Source of the DNA: an uncultured Verrucomicrobiae bacterium
GTDB taxonomy: Bacteria > Verrucomicrobiota > Verrucomicrobiia > Chthoniobacterales > JAFAMB01
Reading direction: 5' to 3'
Assembly (NCBI GenBank): GCA_963762565.1
Contig: CAVXLD010000012.1
Coordinates: forward strand, 320,001-384,000
DNA: 64,000 bases
Each line of letters opens with the position of its first letter. Position 1 is the stretch's first letter. Shown here in pieces: positions 1-10,553 of this stretch. The notes below the pieces were generated by a model that worked only from the letters and a program-made list of their open reading frames with translations, did no database searches and was not told the origin of the DNA. The translations under genes were made by a program, and so were the position numbers.

Positions 1-125
1 CGGTCACGTATCGATTGAGATATGCTCCGCTCCTCGCGCCTTGCCGGCGGCCCATTTTGATCGCAACGAAAGCCATGTTATTTATGGGACAGGAAACTGA
101 TGTCCTGGGTCATGGGATCGATGAA

Positions 126-644
126 TCATTGAGCCAGCTGAATCAAAGGCGATAGCTTACCCAGCGCGCGGATACTGTCATCTCGGCTTATGGTTGCTTG
201 ATTGCTGGCCGGTTTCGAGGTTGAAGGGCGTTGCGCAAATACGTACATCCGGACCCCACCTCGGGGATCAACTAGGACCCGGTGGACCATGCTGAGCTGT
301 CCTCCCGATGAGGACGCAACCGAGTAAGCGATGTAACAATCCGCACCGAATTTAGACACCGTGGCGCCGGTTCCCGGTCTCTCGTTATTGATTGCAAGAC
401 AGAGATTGTTCGCAAAAGCGGTAACATCACTCGCGTTCGGAAACCGACTTACGACTATTTTTTGCGACCAGTTCGTCGCCGTCTCACCGGCCAGTAGGAA
501 ATCATTCTCTATCTTTTGGCCGTCGGCATCTTTGTCGGAAAGAGAGAAGCTTTCTTCGGCTAACTTTAAAGTCTGAGCGCTGAGCGCCGTGGTCGACAGG
601 ACGACCGTGATCGCGCCTAATAGAAAGGGGGAGAGCTTTGGCAT
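126..644 (-). CDS. Hypothetical secreted protein
   Basis: Start trimmed to ATG 644 (MPKLSPFLLGAITVVLSTTALSA, signal-peptide-like); the longer ORF runs through a repeat element. Confidence 0.65.
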   Translation of the reverse strand: MPKLSPFLLGAITVVLSTTALSAQTLKLAEESFSLSDKDADGQKIENDFLLAGETATNWSQKIVVSRFPNASDVTAFANNLCLAINNERPGTGATVSKFGADCYIAYSVASSSGGQLSMVHRVLVDPRGGVRMYVFAQRPSTSKPASNQATISRDDSIRALGKLSPLIQLAQ

Positions 645-727
645 CTGGATCAAGATAAACAGGAGAATCGTTTTGTCCTGTCTGGATCTGCAGTCGTTCG
701 AAACCCTTGTCGAGGCTATCACCTCAG

Positions 728-906
728 GGGAGGGCGCGCGTCTTCGCGCGCCGCAAACGGGTCTATAATTTGGATGTAGTCTGACGCTGGCTCGGGTTTG
801 TTGTGGGCTTTCGAGAACCACGGATCGCGAGGATCCGACGTCGCCAACGCCTTTAAGAAAGACGTGCAGACAGAAGGCTATGTCGGACAGGCAGCGATCC
901 CTCCCC
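728..906. repeat. REP/REPIN-like element, family A (GGAGGGCGCGCGTCYTCGCGCGCC ... CGGATCGCGAGGA..CGATCCCTCC), with a family B palindrome inside the right arm
   Basis: Same arms recur at ~20325, 35783-35903, 48817-48939 and 53670. Confidence 0.75.
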
Positions 907-949
907 AGATGGGCCGCGTTAAGGACGAGCACGCCCCCGAAGCGAGCCC

Positions 950-2332
950 TTACGACGCCTTTAAATTCTCGGTTGTCCCAAGAACAAATCTGCCCTGCCT
1001 GCCCGGACCCGTCATCGCTTGCAGACGCCAGGTAAGTAACAAGGCCGCTACGAAGAGGCCGGCAGCAAGTCCGAACCAGATGCCGGTTGGTCCGGTCTGG
1101 CCAGGGAAAGCAAAAATAAAGCCTGTGGGAATTGCGACCGTCCAATAACAAAAGATGCCAATCAGCATAGGCAGCCGGATATCGGCCAATCCACGCAGGC
1201 AGCCGGCTGACGTCACCTGTATGCCATCAGCGAGTTGGAATATTCCCGCGATAATCATCAGACGGCCGGCGAGGTCGACGACATCTTTCTGATTCGTGAA
1301 CAAGAGCGCAACTTGGTGTCCGAGCGCTAAATAAATAGCTGCAAACCCAAACGCGATCAGCACCGAAACCATGAGCGCTCCGAGTACAATCCGGCGTAAG
1401 CTCGAATAGGCCTGTGAGCCGACGGCGTGCCCCACCCGGACACCGGCCGCAATCGAGATACCAAGAGGGAACATGAATGTTGTGGCGGCGCAGGTCACCA
1501 CAATCTGATGCGCAGCCAGGGGGATGGTGCCCATCCATCCCATCATGATCGCGCTGAAATTGAATGCGCCTGCCTCAGCTACATATTGGCAGCCGATCGG
1601 TAGACCAGTTCGGAAAAGGCTGGCCACTTTATCCCAGCTCACACCTGAAACCGACAAGGCCTGCCACTGTAACCTCGTCAAGAAAAGCGCATAGCCGATG
1701 ACACCGATCAGTATGAATATGCGGGCGCAGAGTGTGGCAATTGCCGATCCAACTATCCCGAGCGCGGGTAGACCAAACCAACCAAATACTAACGGCAAGT
1801 TCAGAGCGATATTTAAGATCACTCCCGCGTACAGGATCACCGTCGGGATGACCGGTTTTCCCAACGCCTCGCAATAAGTCTTAGCGCTCATTGATGCAAG
1901 AGCCGGGATCAAGGATAGACCAACGATCGCCAGATAGGGCCGTGCAGCCATCTCGACCGGAACCGGTTCGCCGAAAACGTTTAGCACCGGTAACAAGGCG
2001 ATCACGATGGCTGCCGCTACTATCCCAACAAAGAGTGACAGCCAAAAAGCAGATCGAAACACTTCGACTTTCGCGCTTTCCAGCTTTGCTCCATGCGCTT
2101 GAGCGGCGAATATCCCCACCGCGGCTAAAACACCGATACCGCCCACATATAATGTCCCTAGAAGGGTATTCGAAAAACCAATGGCGGCGATTGGCACCAC
2201 CCCAACTCGTCCGAGGATCAGCGTGTCGGTTATGCCCATCAACATCTGGCCGAATTGCCCGACCATCATTGGGATCGCCAATGAGAGTGTCGCTCCCAAT
2301 TCGGTTTGGAATAGCTTGCGCGGCCGGGGCAT
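950..2332 (-). CDS. MATE family efflux transporter (NorM-like)
   Basis: About 12 hydrophobic segments; motifs LAIPMMVGQ, DTLILGRVG, FQLADGIQV..GCLRG; start trimmed to MPRPRK. Confidence 0.9.
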   Translation of the reverse strand: MPRPRKLFQTELGATLSLAIPMMVGQFGQMLMGITDTLILGRVGVVPIAAIGFSNTLLGTLYVGGIGVLAAVGIFAAQAHGAKLESAKVEVFRSAFWLSLFVGIVAAAIVIALLPVLNVFGEPVPVEMAARPYLAIVGLSLIPALASMSAKTYCEALGKPVIPTVILYAGVILNIALNLPLVFGWFGLPALGIVGSAIATLCARIFILIGVIGYALFLTRLQWQALSVSGVSWDKVASLFRTGLPIGCQYVAEAGAFNFSAIMMGWMGTIPLAAHQIVVTCAATTFMFPLGISIAAGVRVGHAVGSQAYSSLRRIVLGALMVSVLIAFGFAAIYLALGHQVALLFTNQKDVVDLAGRLMIIAGIFQLADGIQVTSAGCLRGLADIRLPMLIGIFCYWTVAIPTGFIFAFPGQTGPTGIWFGLAAGLFVAALLLTWRLQAMTGPGRQGRFVLGTTENLKAS

Positions 2333-2593
2333 AAGAACCACCAGCAAACAGGCAAACCGGGAGTGGCGCAAGCGGGAGGCAGCGAAACCACTCGCTCTTT
2401 CTTCCCCGCTTATCTCGACTCTTTTCCCATCCTCGCCGAAGACGGCTCGCTCGCATTTGTCACTGACTTCGAATCCGTTCCTTCGCTAAAGGGTGCAGAC
2501 CAAACGGACCCACTCCCAACCATTCTTAAGGCCTTTCAGGATGAAGGCATAATTTCCGCCATACTTTGGCGCGATTACTAACTCCCGTCCTGC

Positions 2594-3214
2594 TTACTCC
2601 AATATACCGTGCTGCTCGATGAAGCTTACGATTCGATCGAGGCCGATACCGGTTTTTAAATCGGTCATCACATAGGGTCGATCACCTCGCATCTTGGACG
2701 TATCCGCTGCCATCACTTCCAACGATGCACCCACATGCGGCGCCAGGTCGATCTTGTTAACCACGAGTAAGTCGGAGCGTGTTATCCCCGGGCCACCTTT
2801 GCGGGGAATCTTTTCACCGCCCGCTACATCGATGACGTAGATGGTTAGATCGGATAACTCTGGGCTGAACGTAGCGGCTAGATTGTCGCCACCGGATTCC
2901 ACAAAGACGATATCGGCGTCAGGGAAACGTTTTAGCATCTGATCAATGGCTGCGAGATTGATCGACGCATCCTCACGAATGGCGGTGTGGGGACAGCCTC
3001 CGGTTTCGACTCCCATGATCCTTTCCGCGGGCAACGCGCCGGCAACGGTCAGAAGCCGTTGATCTTCCTTGGTATAAATATCATTTGTGATAACCACCAG
3101 ATCGTACCGGTCCCGCATTTTTTTGCATAACATCTCGACCAACGTGGTTTTGCCGCTGCCGACCGGACCGCCGACGCCGATTCGTAGTGGAGGAGTGCTC
3201 TTAGTGCGGGTCAT
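2594..3214 (-). CDS. ureG: Urease accessory GTPase UreG
   Basis: [10 protein letters not shown]-loop, [26 protein letters not shown]. Confidence 0.97.
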   Translation of the reverse strand: MTRTKSTPPLRIGVGGPVGSGKTTLVEMLCKKMRDRYDLVVITNDIYTKEDQRLLTVAGALPAERIMGVETGGCPHTAIREDASINLAAIDQMLKRFPDADIVFVESGGDNLAATFSPELSDLTIYVIDVAGGEKIPRKGGPGITRSDLLVVNKIDLAPHVGASLEVMAADTSKMRGDRPYVMTDLKTGIGLDRIVSFIEQHGILE

Positions 3215-3217
3215 AGC

Positions 3218-3898
3218 TTAGGATCGAAACAAACGAGAGTACTGACTTTCGTGCCGCGCCGAAAGAATGCCAAGCATCGGGGCCCAAGAGGAGATGTCAG
3301 TGGTTTCCGCGACCGAGTTAACAGCTACTGGAACCTTAGTTCGACACCGGGTCAAAATTCGATGACCGGCAGTTTGGCCCAGTGGCACCAATTTGATTGC
3401 GCCCGCGACTTGGGTTTCGAGCCAACTAAAACAAAACCCAGTTAAAGTTGTTCTCTCGCTGAGAGCAAGACCGGCTGCCGATAATGCAAACGCGGTAGGA
3501 AACGCGATCGGCTCCAGTTTGTTGGTTACGGCCGTTGGCGTGATCCATTTCAAGGCATAGGCGAGCTGGAGCAGCGACCAACCCATTTGTTCTGTTTCTC
3601 GCCGTAATTCCATCGATTCGCGACTCGCAAGGAACCAGTCGTTCCAATGAGCAATCTCCGGCAGCGAATCGACTGAAGGATCCGAGCGACAAGCTCGATA
3701 AACAAAGGCAACCACCGGCGCTTCACAACGGGCGATAATCTCGGTGAGACCGTCGGCAATCCACTTCCCGGCGTCTTCTTCGTTTCGAATTAGTCCGAGC
3801 TCAACGGCAGTCTCGAGTCCCTGGGAATAACTGAACGAACCGATGGGTAACGCCGGCGAAGCGAGATGCAGAGCTCGGCAGAGTTCGTCGGGGTTCAT
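3218..3898 (-). CDS. ureF: Urease accessory protein UreF
   Basis: LASPALPIGSFSYSQGLE and C-terminal HESQYSRLFRS; start trimmed to MNPDEL. Confidence 0.95.
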   Translation of the reverse strand: MNPDELCRALHLASPALPIGSFSYSQGLETAVELGLIRNEEDAGKWIADGLTEIIARCEAPVVAFVYRACRSDPSVDSLPEIAHWNDWFLASRESMELRRETEQMGWSLLQLAYALKWITPTAVTNKLEPIAFPTAFALSAAGLALSERTTLTGFCFSWLETQVAGAIKLVPLGQTAGHRILTRCRTKVPVAVNSVAETTDISSWAPMLGILSARHESQYSRLFRS

Positions 3899-3911
3899 TG
3901 GGCTGCCCAAA

Positions 3912-4050
3912 TCGTTCTCGTTCTCGTCGTCGTCCTCGTCCTCGAAGATTTTATCCCTCGGATTCGAGCCGATACCGCCAAGTATGTTCTCCGTGTCTTG
4001 GGGTCGCACCCATCCCGCGCTCCGCGCCAAGTTTTCGAGAACGAGGACGA
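3912..4050. repeat. Inverted-repeat element, family F (CTCGTCCTCG hexamer arms / CGAGGACGA)
   Basis: Same arms at ~13660-13693, 16527-16824 and 18931-19101. Confidence 0.7.
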
Positions 4051-4063
4051 AAAACCGGTCTGA

Positions 4064-4585
4064 CTACTTCTCCCCGTGATGTTCATGAAATACACGCTGA
4101 GCCGCAGCATAATCCTCTTCGAACGTCTCATCGTGGCCATGTTTATGTCCTCCTCCGTATGCACCGGTTTCCGGCGTGAATTTTTCGGTTACCAAACTAA
4201 CTATGACCCCGAGACCAACTAACATTTCTTTCAGTACCGGATCAGCCTGCAGCAAAAGACGATCCGGCCGGATCTCGATCGCAGTGTGCCGATTCCCGAG
4301 ATGATAGGCGGCGCGCAACAACAGAAACGGGTCTGGCGCCGTGACCATCATGAGGTTCTCTGTTGCGGCCTGAATCTCGAACTGGGAACCATCCTCGCTT
4401 TCAACAACATCTCCTTCTCGTAAGATCGTTCCCGGCGGCAATAATATCCCGATTTCCTCGCCGCTATCTAATTTCACTAATTGCCGGCTTTTCTTACGCG
4501 CTTCAAAAGCAAGAACCAGCCTAGGTATATTCGTGACCGGCGCGGTTGTACCGCTTTTTGGTACTAGCTTAGTAAATCTTCGCAT
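4064..4585 (-). CDS. ureE: Urease accessory Ni chaperone UreE
   Basis: AAYHLGNRH, PETGAY and His-rich tail; its ATG overlaps the ureC TGA. Confidence 0.95.
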   Translation of the reverse strand: MRRFTKLVPKSGTTAPVTNIPRLVLAFEARKKSRQLVKLDSGEEIGILLPPGTILREGDVVESEDGSQFEIQAATENLMMVTAPDPFLLLRAAYHLGNRHTAIEIRPDRLLLQADPVLKEMLVGLGVIVSLVTEKFTPETGAYGGGHKHGHDETFEEDYAAAQRVFHEHHGEK

Positions 4586-6285
4586 CAGAAAAGAAAATAA
4601 CGTTGAGCCATGGGCAAGACTTTGGCCGGTTCGCAGGTCAGAACCTGACCGTCGGCTGAAACCTCGTAAGTCTCCGGATCGACCGTTATCTTGGGTAGCC
4701 AAGCATTATGGATAAGATCCTGTTTCTTGAGATGGCGAATGCCGCTTACGGCTACTAATCGGCGCTGGAGGCCGTAGCGGTCGCCGATTTTGGATTCCGC
4801 TGCCAGCTGAGAAATGAAAGTGAGGCAAGTCTTCGCCAAAGCCACTCCTCGCGTGGCGAACATTTCCCTATAGATGACCGGCTGAGGGGTTGGGATCGAA
4901 GCGTTGGCGTCACCCATGAGGGCAATCGCTATCATACCGCCTTTCAATACCATGGATGGTTTGACGCCAAAGAAAGCGGGTGCCCAGAGCACTAGATCAG
5001 CCCATTTTCCGACCTCGACTGAACCGACCTCATGGGCAATGCCATGAGTCATTGCCGGATTGATCGTGTACTTCGCGACGTAACGTTTTGCTCGGAAATT
5101 ATCATTTCGAGAAGAGTCACCGGGCAATGACCCGCGTTGAACCTTCATTTTGTGAGCGGTTTGCCAAGTTCGCAAAATGACTTCACCGATTCGTCCCATC
5201 GCTTGTGAATCGCTGGACATCATCGAAATGGCGCCCAGGTCATGCAGGATGTCTTCGGCTGCAATCGTTTCTCGACGAATGCGCGACTCGGCAAAGGCCA
5301 GGTCCTCAGCGATGTTGGCGTCGAGGTGATGGCAAACCATCAACATGTCGAGATGCTCATCCAGCGTGTTAACGGTAAAAGGTCTGGTAGGATTGGTGGA
5401 GGAGGGTAAGACGTTTGCTTCACCGCACACCTTGATGATGTCAGGGGCATGCCCGCCGCCGGCTCCCTCGGTGTGATAAGCGTGAATTGTCCGTCCTTTG
5501 AGGGCCGCGATGCTGGCTTCGACAAATCCCGACTCGTTCAAGGTGTCGGTATGAAGAGCGACTTGGGTGTCAGTCTCGTCCGCGACCGATAGAGAAGTAT
5601 CGATGGCAGCCGGAGTCGTTCCCCAATCTTCATGTAGTTTTAAACCGATGGCTCCAGCAGCGATCTGTTCGCGAAGCGGTTCGGCCTGGCTGGCATTTCC
5701 TTTGCCTAGAAACCCCAAATTAATTGGGTAACCTTCCGCTGCCTGTAACATCCGCTCGATATGCCAAGGTCCCGGGGTACAAGTGGTGGCGCAGGTGCCG
5801 GCGGCTGGTCCGGTTCCACCGCCGATCATGGTGGTTAACCCCGCGGCGACGGCTTCATCAATCTGTTGCGGGCAAATGAAATGAACATGGGTATCAAGCC
5901 CGCCAGCGGTTATGATCATTCCTTCACCAGCGATCGCTTCGGTCCCGGCTCCGATAATGATGTTCACGCCGGGCTGAATATCTGGATTTCCCGCTTTACC
6001 GACTCCAGCGATACGTCCGTCTTTGATGCCGATATCGGCCTTAACGATACCCCAATGATCCAGGATCACGGCATTAGTAATGACGGTATCAACAGCCTCC
6101 TTGATCGTGCGTTGAGATTGGCCCATGCCATCTCGGATAACCTTACCGCCGCCGAACTTGACCTCTTCCCCGTAAACCGTGAAGTCTTTTTCGATCTCGA
6201 TAATGAGTTCTGTATCGGCCAAACGGATTCGATCCCCAACCGTAGGACCGAACATTTCTGCGTACGCTTCTCGGGTGATCTTCAT
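4585..6285 (-). CDS. ureC: Urease subunit alpha
   Basis: [54 protein letters not shown]. Confidence 0.99.
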   Translation of the reverse strand: MKITREAYAEMFGPTVGDRIRLADTELIIEIEKDFTVYGEEVKFGGGKVIRDGMGQSQRTIKEAVDTVITNAVILDHWGIVKADIGIKDGRIAGVGKAGNPDIQPGVNIIIGAGTEAIAGEGMIITAGGLDTHVHFICPQQIDEAVAAGLTTMIGGGTGPAAGTCATTCTPGPWHIERMLQAAEGYPINLGFLGKGNASQAEPLREQIAAGAIGLKLHEDWGTTPAAIDTSLSVADETDTQVALHTDTLNESGFVEASIAALKGRTIHAYHTEGAGGGHAPDIIKVCGEANVLPSSTNPTRPFTVNTLDEHLDMLMVCHHLDANIAEDLAFAESRIRRETIAAEDILHDLGAISMMSSDSQAMGRIGEVILRTWQTAHKMKVQRGSLPGDSSRNDNFRAKRYVAKYTINPAMTHGIAHEVGSVEVGKWADLVLWAPAFFGVKPSMVLKGGMIAIALMGDANASIPTPQPVIYREMFATRGVALAKTCLTFISQLAAESKIGDRYGLQRRLVAVSGIRHLKKQDLIHNAWLPKITVDPETYEVSADGQVLTCEPAKVLPMAQRYFLF

Positions 6286-6400
6286 GGGAGAAAACTGGTA
6301 GGGCGAGGCTCCAAAATGTGACAAACTCCCGACGTGTTGGCTTCCCAATCAGCTAGACCTAGAAACGAAGCTGCATGGCCGAGCCAGGGGTTGCGCGTGC

Positions 6401-6706
6401 TCATAAAGCTCCCATAATCTTTCCATTAAAACCATAGATGATCCGATCGCCGCCGATCTCCACCAGCTCTACGGTCTTTTCCTGACCGGGTTCAAATCGG
6501 ACGGCGGTGCCGGCGGCAATGTTCAGGCGGTAGCCTCGGCTCGCTTCCCGATCGAATTTGAGCGCCTCATTGACTTCATAAAAATGAAAATGCGAACCAA
6601 CCTGGATCGGTCGATCGCCGGTGTTTGCGACGTCGACTTTTAGTACAGCGCGACCGGCGTTGAGCTCGATCTCGCCAGGTTCCACGAAAATCTCACCAGG
6701 AATCAT
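6401..6706 (-). CDS. ureB: Urease subunit beta
   Basis: [30 protein letters not shown]. Confidence 0.98.
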   Translation of the reverse strand: MIPGEIFVEPGEIELNAGRAVLKVDVANTGDRPIQVGSHFHFYEVNEALKFDREASRGYRLNIAAGTAVRFEPGQEKTVELVEIGGDRIIYGFNGKIMGAL

Positions 6707-6726
6707 AGACGTTGTAACTTAAAACC

Positions 6727-6890
6727 AACCGCGAATGGATCCGCCTTCGCAGGCTACGGCGCGACAAGCTACGAATAGGCGCGGTAGATCTCGAAGGACT
6801 ATCTGCGTACATCGGAGCCTGTCCGCCGTAGCCTTCAACCTGTAGGAAGCTTTCTTTCACAGCGTAGCGAAGGCGGATTAATCTGCGGTT
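6727..6890. repeat. Composite repeat: family C arms with inserted family B palindromes
   Basis: ATCTGCGT..ATCGGAGCCTGTCCGCCGTAGC...TAGCGAAGGCGGATT.ATCTGCGGTT, nearly duplicated at 15532-15621. Confidence 0.7.
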
Positions 6891-6908
6891 GGACTTCTTT
6901 TTCGGGTT

Positions 6909-7211
6909 TTAGGGTATCGGGTTGTGAACGGTGACCAGCTTGGTGCCGTCAGGGAAGGTGGCCTCGATTTGGATCTCTGGGATCATCTCGGGTACGCCCT
7001 CTAAGACTTGGTCTCGCCTTAACAGAGTGGCGCCGAACTGCATCAGCTCAGCGACGGATTTGCCGTCGCGAGCTCCTTCAAGGAGCGCTGCTGTGATCAG
7101 CGCCGTGGCTTCCGGATGATTCAACTTCAGGCCGCGTTGCAGCCTGCGTTCTGCCAACAACGAGGCAGTAAAGATGAGGAGCTTATCTTTCTCGCGCGGG
7201 GTCAGGTTCAT
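6909..7211 (-). CDS. ureA: Urease subunit gamma
   Basis: [28 protein letters not shown]. Confidence 0.98.
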   Translation of the reverse strand: MNLTPREKDKLLIFTASLLAERRLQRGLKLNHPEATALITAALLEGARDGKSVAELMQFGATLLRRDQVLEGVPEMIPEIQIEATFPDGTKLVTVHNPIP

Positions 7212-7218
7212 AGAGCTA

Positions 7219-7509
7219 TTGGTGGGGCGAGGCTCCAATAAGACCTAAGAGGTTTCGCGGAGCAATTGAACGTGCTCGATCGATCGGCTTACTGGACCGA
7301 ACTGCTGCCGAGCCGCGGGCCGAGGACGTGCCACCAAATTGGTTAGGAGTCAAATGTGTCGGGATATCGTGGGTCGTAGATGCTAAAATCGTGCAATTGA
7401 GCGCTGGGCCACGGCGCGGCGGGCACCGCGGCGAAACAACATCCTTGCTCACTCCGGCACTGATATCTTCGCGAAGACGATGGGCCTTTCGGGAGCCTCG
7501 CCCCACCAG
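7219..7509. repeat. REPIN-like element, family D (GGTRGGGCGAGGCTCC ... GGAGCCTCGCCCYACC)
   Basis: Inverted arms; further copies at 6296, 25502-25701, 30005-30216 and 55908. Confidence 0.75.
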
Positions 7510-7514
7510 ATTTG

Positions 7515-8357
7515 TCAAACCCTCCATAGACGTAAAGGTTTTGGATCCCGGCCGTGGACGGCTGGCCGCAGAAAGGTCCAGCAACGGATGAGAAGCTCGC
7601 GCAGCGGCTCAATCTTCTGCGCGATGGCGCGGACGATCAGTACACCGCTATCGAAACAGGTTACACCCGCGCGCAGGTTATCCGTAAAAGCAAGCGAGGG
7701 CGCCAGTTTCTCAGCCAGCGCTTGGGTGCAGTTCGAGCCCGTCGCCCACACCATGCCGAAATTCGGTAATCCAGCGAGTCCCTGGTTAGCGGTTCGCAAA
7801 CTGGACGCAGCCGAGATGTTCGCTTTTTCAGCCCAAAGCAACTCTTGTCCAAGATTGGTGAACCGTGAATCGATCCGAAGGGTACCTGCGCTCCAGGTCT
7901 CACCCATCGCTCTTCTGCCGAGAACAAATGCTTCCCAGCCGATAGCACTGGCTTCCGGAGCCGTTTCAAGTTGGAAACGAAAATTAGCTCGAGCGTTTTC
8001 GAACAAGATGTTTTCGGGTGGTAACCAATCGAGTTGCGCGCCTGGCGCCAGCGTGATCCGGACTTCCTGAGACGCAAATTCTTCGCTCGATTTATACCAT
8101 TTCGTTGCGGCTGGACTGGTTAAAACCGTTCTGGTCCCGGTCCCTTGGGCAACAGCGATCTTTACCGTGTCGCCTTCAGCCATCCCGCCGGGTGGATGGA
8201 GAATCACCGTATGACAAACGGAACGGCCTTCAGGGTAAAGCGGCTTCTGCACTTGTAACGGTCCGGAGTGTCGCCGTTCCGTCATCACGGTACGATCTTC
8301 TTGATACTCAAAGCGTAGCTGCAAATCTGCCGTCCAACTAGAGAGCGATGCTTGCAA
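7515..8357 (-). CDS. ureD: Urease accessory protein UreD
   Basis: HSGPLQVQKPLYPEG, LHPPGG..GD, TSPAATKWY, WLPPENI, LRLW; TTG start. Confidence 0.93.
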   Translation of the reverse strand: MQASLSSWTADLQLRFEYQEDRTVMTERRHSGPLQVQKPLYPEGRSVCHTVILHPPGGMAEGDTVKIAVAQGTGTRTVLTSPAATKWYKSSEEFASQEVRITLAPGAQLDWLPPENILFENARANFRFQLETAPEASAIGWEAFVLGRRAMGETWSAGTLRIDSRFTNLGQELLWAEKANISAASSLRTANQGLAGLPNFGMVWATGSNCTQALAEKLAPSLAFTDNLRAGVTCFDSGVLIVRAIAQKIEPLRELLIRCWTFLRPAVHGRDPKPLRLWRV

Positions 8358-8381
8358 TGTCAGGAGGGAATCTCACACAAA

Positions 8382-8635
8382 GCCACTAAGTCACAAAGAA
8401 AGACAACGACAGTTGAAGACCGCCCAAGCCGAAAAAGCGTTAATAAAGATCCGCAGATTAACGCAGATTACGCAGATTTCGGCTTTAGGTTAAGGTGACG
8501 CCGCGAGGCGAACAAAACCATGTTCGTGGGGAACGATTTGTTCAACTCGCCAGTGGTATTCAGTCTCATTACCGAAATCTGCGTAATCTGCGGATCATTT
8601 ATCTTCAGGGTCTTGGGGGGAACTTTGTGGCTTAG
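8382..8635. repeat. Family C element (ATCCGCAGATTACGCAGATT ... AATCTGCGTAATCTGCGGAT) within outer CACAAAG/CTTTGTG arms
   Basis: 9-mer tandem arms in inverted orientation; copies at 15196-15621 and 63399-63613. Confidence 0.8.
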
Positions 8636-8670
8636 CGTCTTTGTTCGAGTCTAGCCGTTATCTCGCCAGC

Positions 8671-10074
8671 CTACCTTCCCGCGTCAGCGACCTGTTGGTT
8701 GGAAACGGCGGGTGTTACCGCGGCCGCCTTCTTTTCCAACTGTTCGTCGAGACCCTTCAACAGGAACGGCTCAGCCTTGACCTGGTCGTAAGTTTTCAAG
8801 ATTTTGAATTGTCCGTTCGCGGTGGTTTCGCCGATGTAGACGTTCTTGGTGGCGTGATGGTTGGTCTGCATCGTGATTTTGCCGCCGGGACCATCAAAAC
8901 TGATGGCATCGTTTTCCAGGACCGCGCGCACTTTATCCACACCAAACGTACCGGCTTTTTCGACCGCTTTTTTCCAGAGATTAACGCCGTCGTAGGAAAG
9001 AACCATTGGACTGTCCACCGCGCGTTTTTCTTTAACGACGCCCGCATGGCTTTCGCCCTTCAGCCACGCGTTCCAACGTTCCAGGAAACTCTTGTTCTCC
9101 GGCGTTTTCAGGGACATGAAATAGGTCCAGCATCCAAGTTCGCCCACCAGATCTTTCGTCGGTAAACTGCGCAGTTCGTCTTCGGCTAAACTGAAGGAAA
9201 CGATCGGGCAATCGGCCGGACTCAGCCCCGCGGAAGCAATCTCTTTGAAGAACGGCACATTGGAATCCCCGTTGATCGTATTGATAACGCAAGCGTCCCC
9301 GCCGGCTGCGAATTGTTTAATTTCAGCGACGATTTGCTGGAAGTCCGTATGGCCGAACGGCACATATTTGCCGGCCGAAATGACTTTGCCGGCACTATCC
9401 TTACGAAGCCCGCCTCCAATGTCCTCGACTGGAACGCCTTTGGTCTCGAGATACTTGAAGAGGATAAGGTTGGTAGTCTGCGGATAAACGTAATCGCTTC
9501 CCACCAGATAGAACTTTTTCTTACCTTGGGCCAGGAGGTAATCGACCGCAGGTGTCGCCTGCTGATTCACGGCTTCAGCGGTGTAGAAGATGTTTTTGGA
9601 AAGCTCTTCTCCTTCGTATTGCACCGGATAAAAGAGCATGCCGTCGTCCTGCTCAAAGACCGGAAGCACGGACTTCCGGCTCACCGAGGTCCAACAACCG
9701 AACACCACGGCTACTTTATCCTCCTGCAACAACTGTTTGGCCTTTTCCGCGAACAACGGCCAGTTGGAAGCGCCATCCACTACCACCGGTTCAATCTGTT
9801 TCCCCAAAACGCCGCCGCTCTTGTTAATTTCGTCGAAGGCGAACAACAACGTATCGCGCAACGATGTTTCGCTGATCGCCATTGTACCTGACAACGAATG
9901 TAAGACGCCCACTTTAACCTTGCCGCTGCTGAGATCGACTTCGTTGGCTCGTACAGGAGCGGCTATCCAAGCGAGGGATAGGGTTAGCGCCGCAACCCAA
10001 GCGGACACAAGAAACAACCTGCGTCCCGGCCGGAGAGCGGCCAGCGCAATTATGGTTTTATCGGGGCATTTCAT
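8671..10074 (-). CDS. urtA: Urea ABC transporter substrate-binding protein
   Basis: [52 protein letters not shown]; start trimmed to MKCPDK. Confidence 0.93.
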   Translation of the reverse strand: MKCPDKTIIALAALRPGRRLFLVSAWVAALTLSLAWIAAPVRANEVDLSSGKVKVGVLHSLSGTMAISETSLRDTLLFAFDEINKSGGVLGKQIEPVVVDGASNWPLFAEKAKQLLQEDKVAVVFGCWTSVSRKSVLPVFEQDDGMLFYPVQYEGEELSKNIFYTAEAVNQQATPAVDYLLAQGKKKFYLVGSDYVYPQTTNLILFKYLETKGVPVEDIGGGLRKDSAGKVISAGKYVPFGHTDFQQIVAEIKQFAAGGDACVINTINGDSNVPFFKEIASAGLSPADCPIVSFSLAEDELRSLPTKDLVGELGCWTYFMSLKTPENKSFLERWNAWLKGESHAGVVKEKRAVDSPMVLSYDGVNLWKKAVEKAGTFGVDKVRAVLENDAISFDGPGGKITMQTNHHATKNVYIGETTANGQFKILKTYDQVKAEPFLLKGLDEQLEKKAAAVTPAVSNQQVADAGR

Positions 10075-10186
10075 CTTCTTTTCTTTTGGTACTCTGTTGT
10101 TTGATTTTGATCCTCGCGCGATTGGGGGGGTCAGAGGCGGCTCAGCCTGAGAACCGAACAGCAAGCGTCGAGGCGGTAGGAGGTGA

Positions 10187-10204
10187 AAGCACAACTTGTG
10201 CCTG
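10187..10204 (-). promoter_or_regulatory. Putative sigma54 (-24/-12) promoter for urtA
   Basis: Minus strand reads caGGCACAAGTTGTGCtt, i.e. GG-N10-GC with a GGCAC core. Confidence 0.65.
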
Positions 10205-10295
10205 AGGCCGTGGAAACGCTCGTGAGTCGATATTGTAACCTCCTGGGAGTAAGCCAGATATAGGGGTTGTTGCCAACCGGTGGGCTACAGGACGC

Positions 10296-10444
10296 AAATG
10301 ACAGATGACAAATGACAGATTGGTGGCTGCCACCTCGGAACGACTTGCCTGCTCGGTCGCCAAAGCTGTCTTTCCGTTAAAGGCCGCCACGGCCGCAGCC
10401 CGCCAAGCTACGGCCGGCCCATCTGTCATTTGTCATCTGTCATT
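10296..10444. repeat. Family G element (ATGACARATGACA heptamer arms, inverted)
   Basis: Copies at 12271-12357 and 33796-33911. Confidence 0.8.
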
Positions 10445-10522
10445 AGCGGCACGAGTACCAGGCCACAGACTCGCCAGGCTACAAGGCGACCCCGTTCCTC
10501 TGGTAGGCCCCCTGTCTCCTTT

Positions 10523-10540
10523 TTGGCAAGGTTGCTGCTT
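10523..10540 (+). promoter_or_regulatory. Putative sigma54 (-24/-12) promoter for urtBCDE
   Basis: tTGGCAAGGTTGCTGCtt; GG at 10525-26 and GC at 10537-38 with 10-nt spacing. Confidence 0.65.
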
Positions 10541-10553
10541 ATAGACACTTGCA

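Noticed and set aside
10075..10295. Guanidine (ykkC-type) riboswitch upstream of urtA
   Set aside because: No recognisable conserved motif; a sigma54-like promoter explains the region
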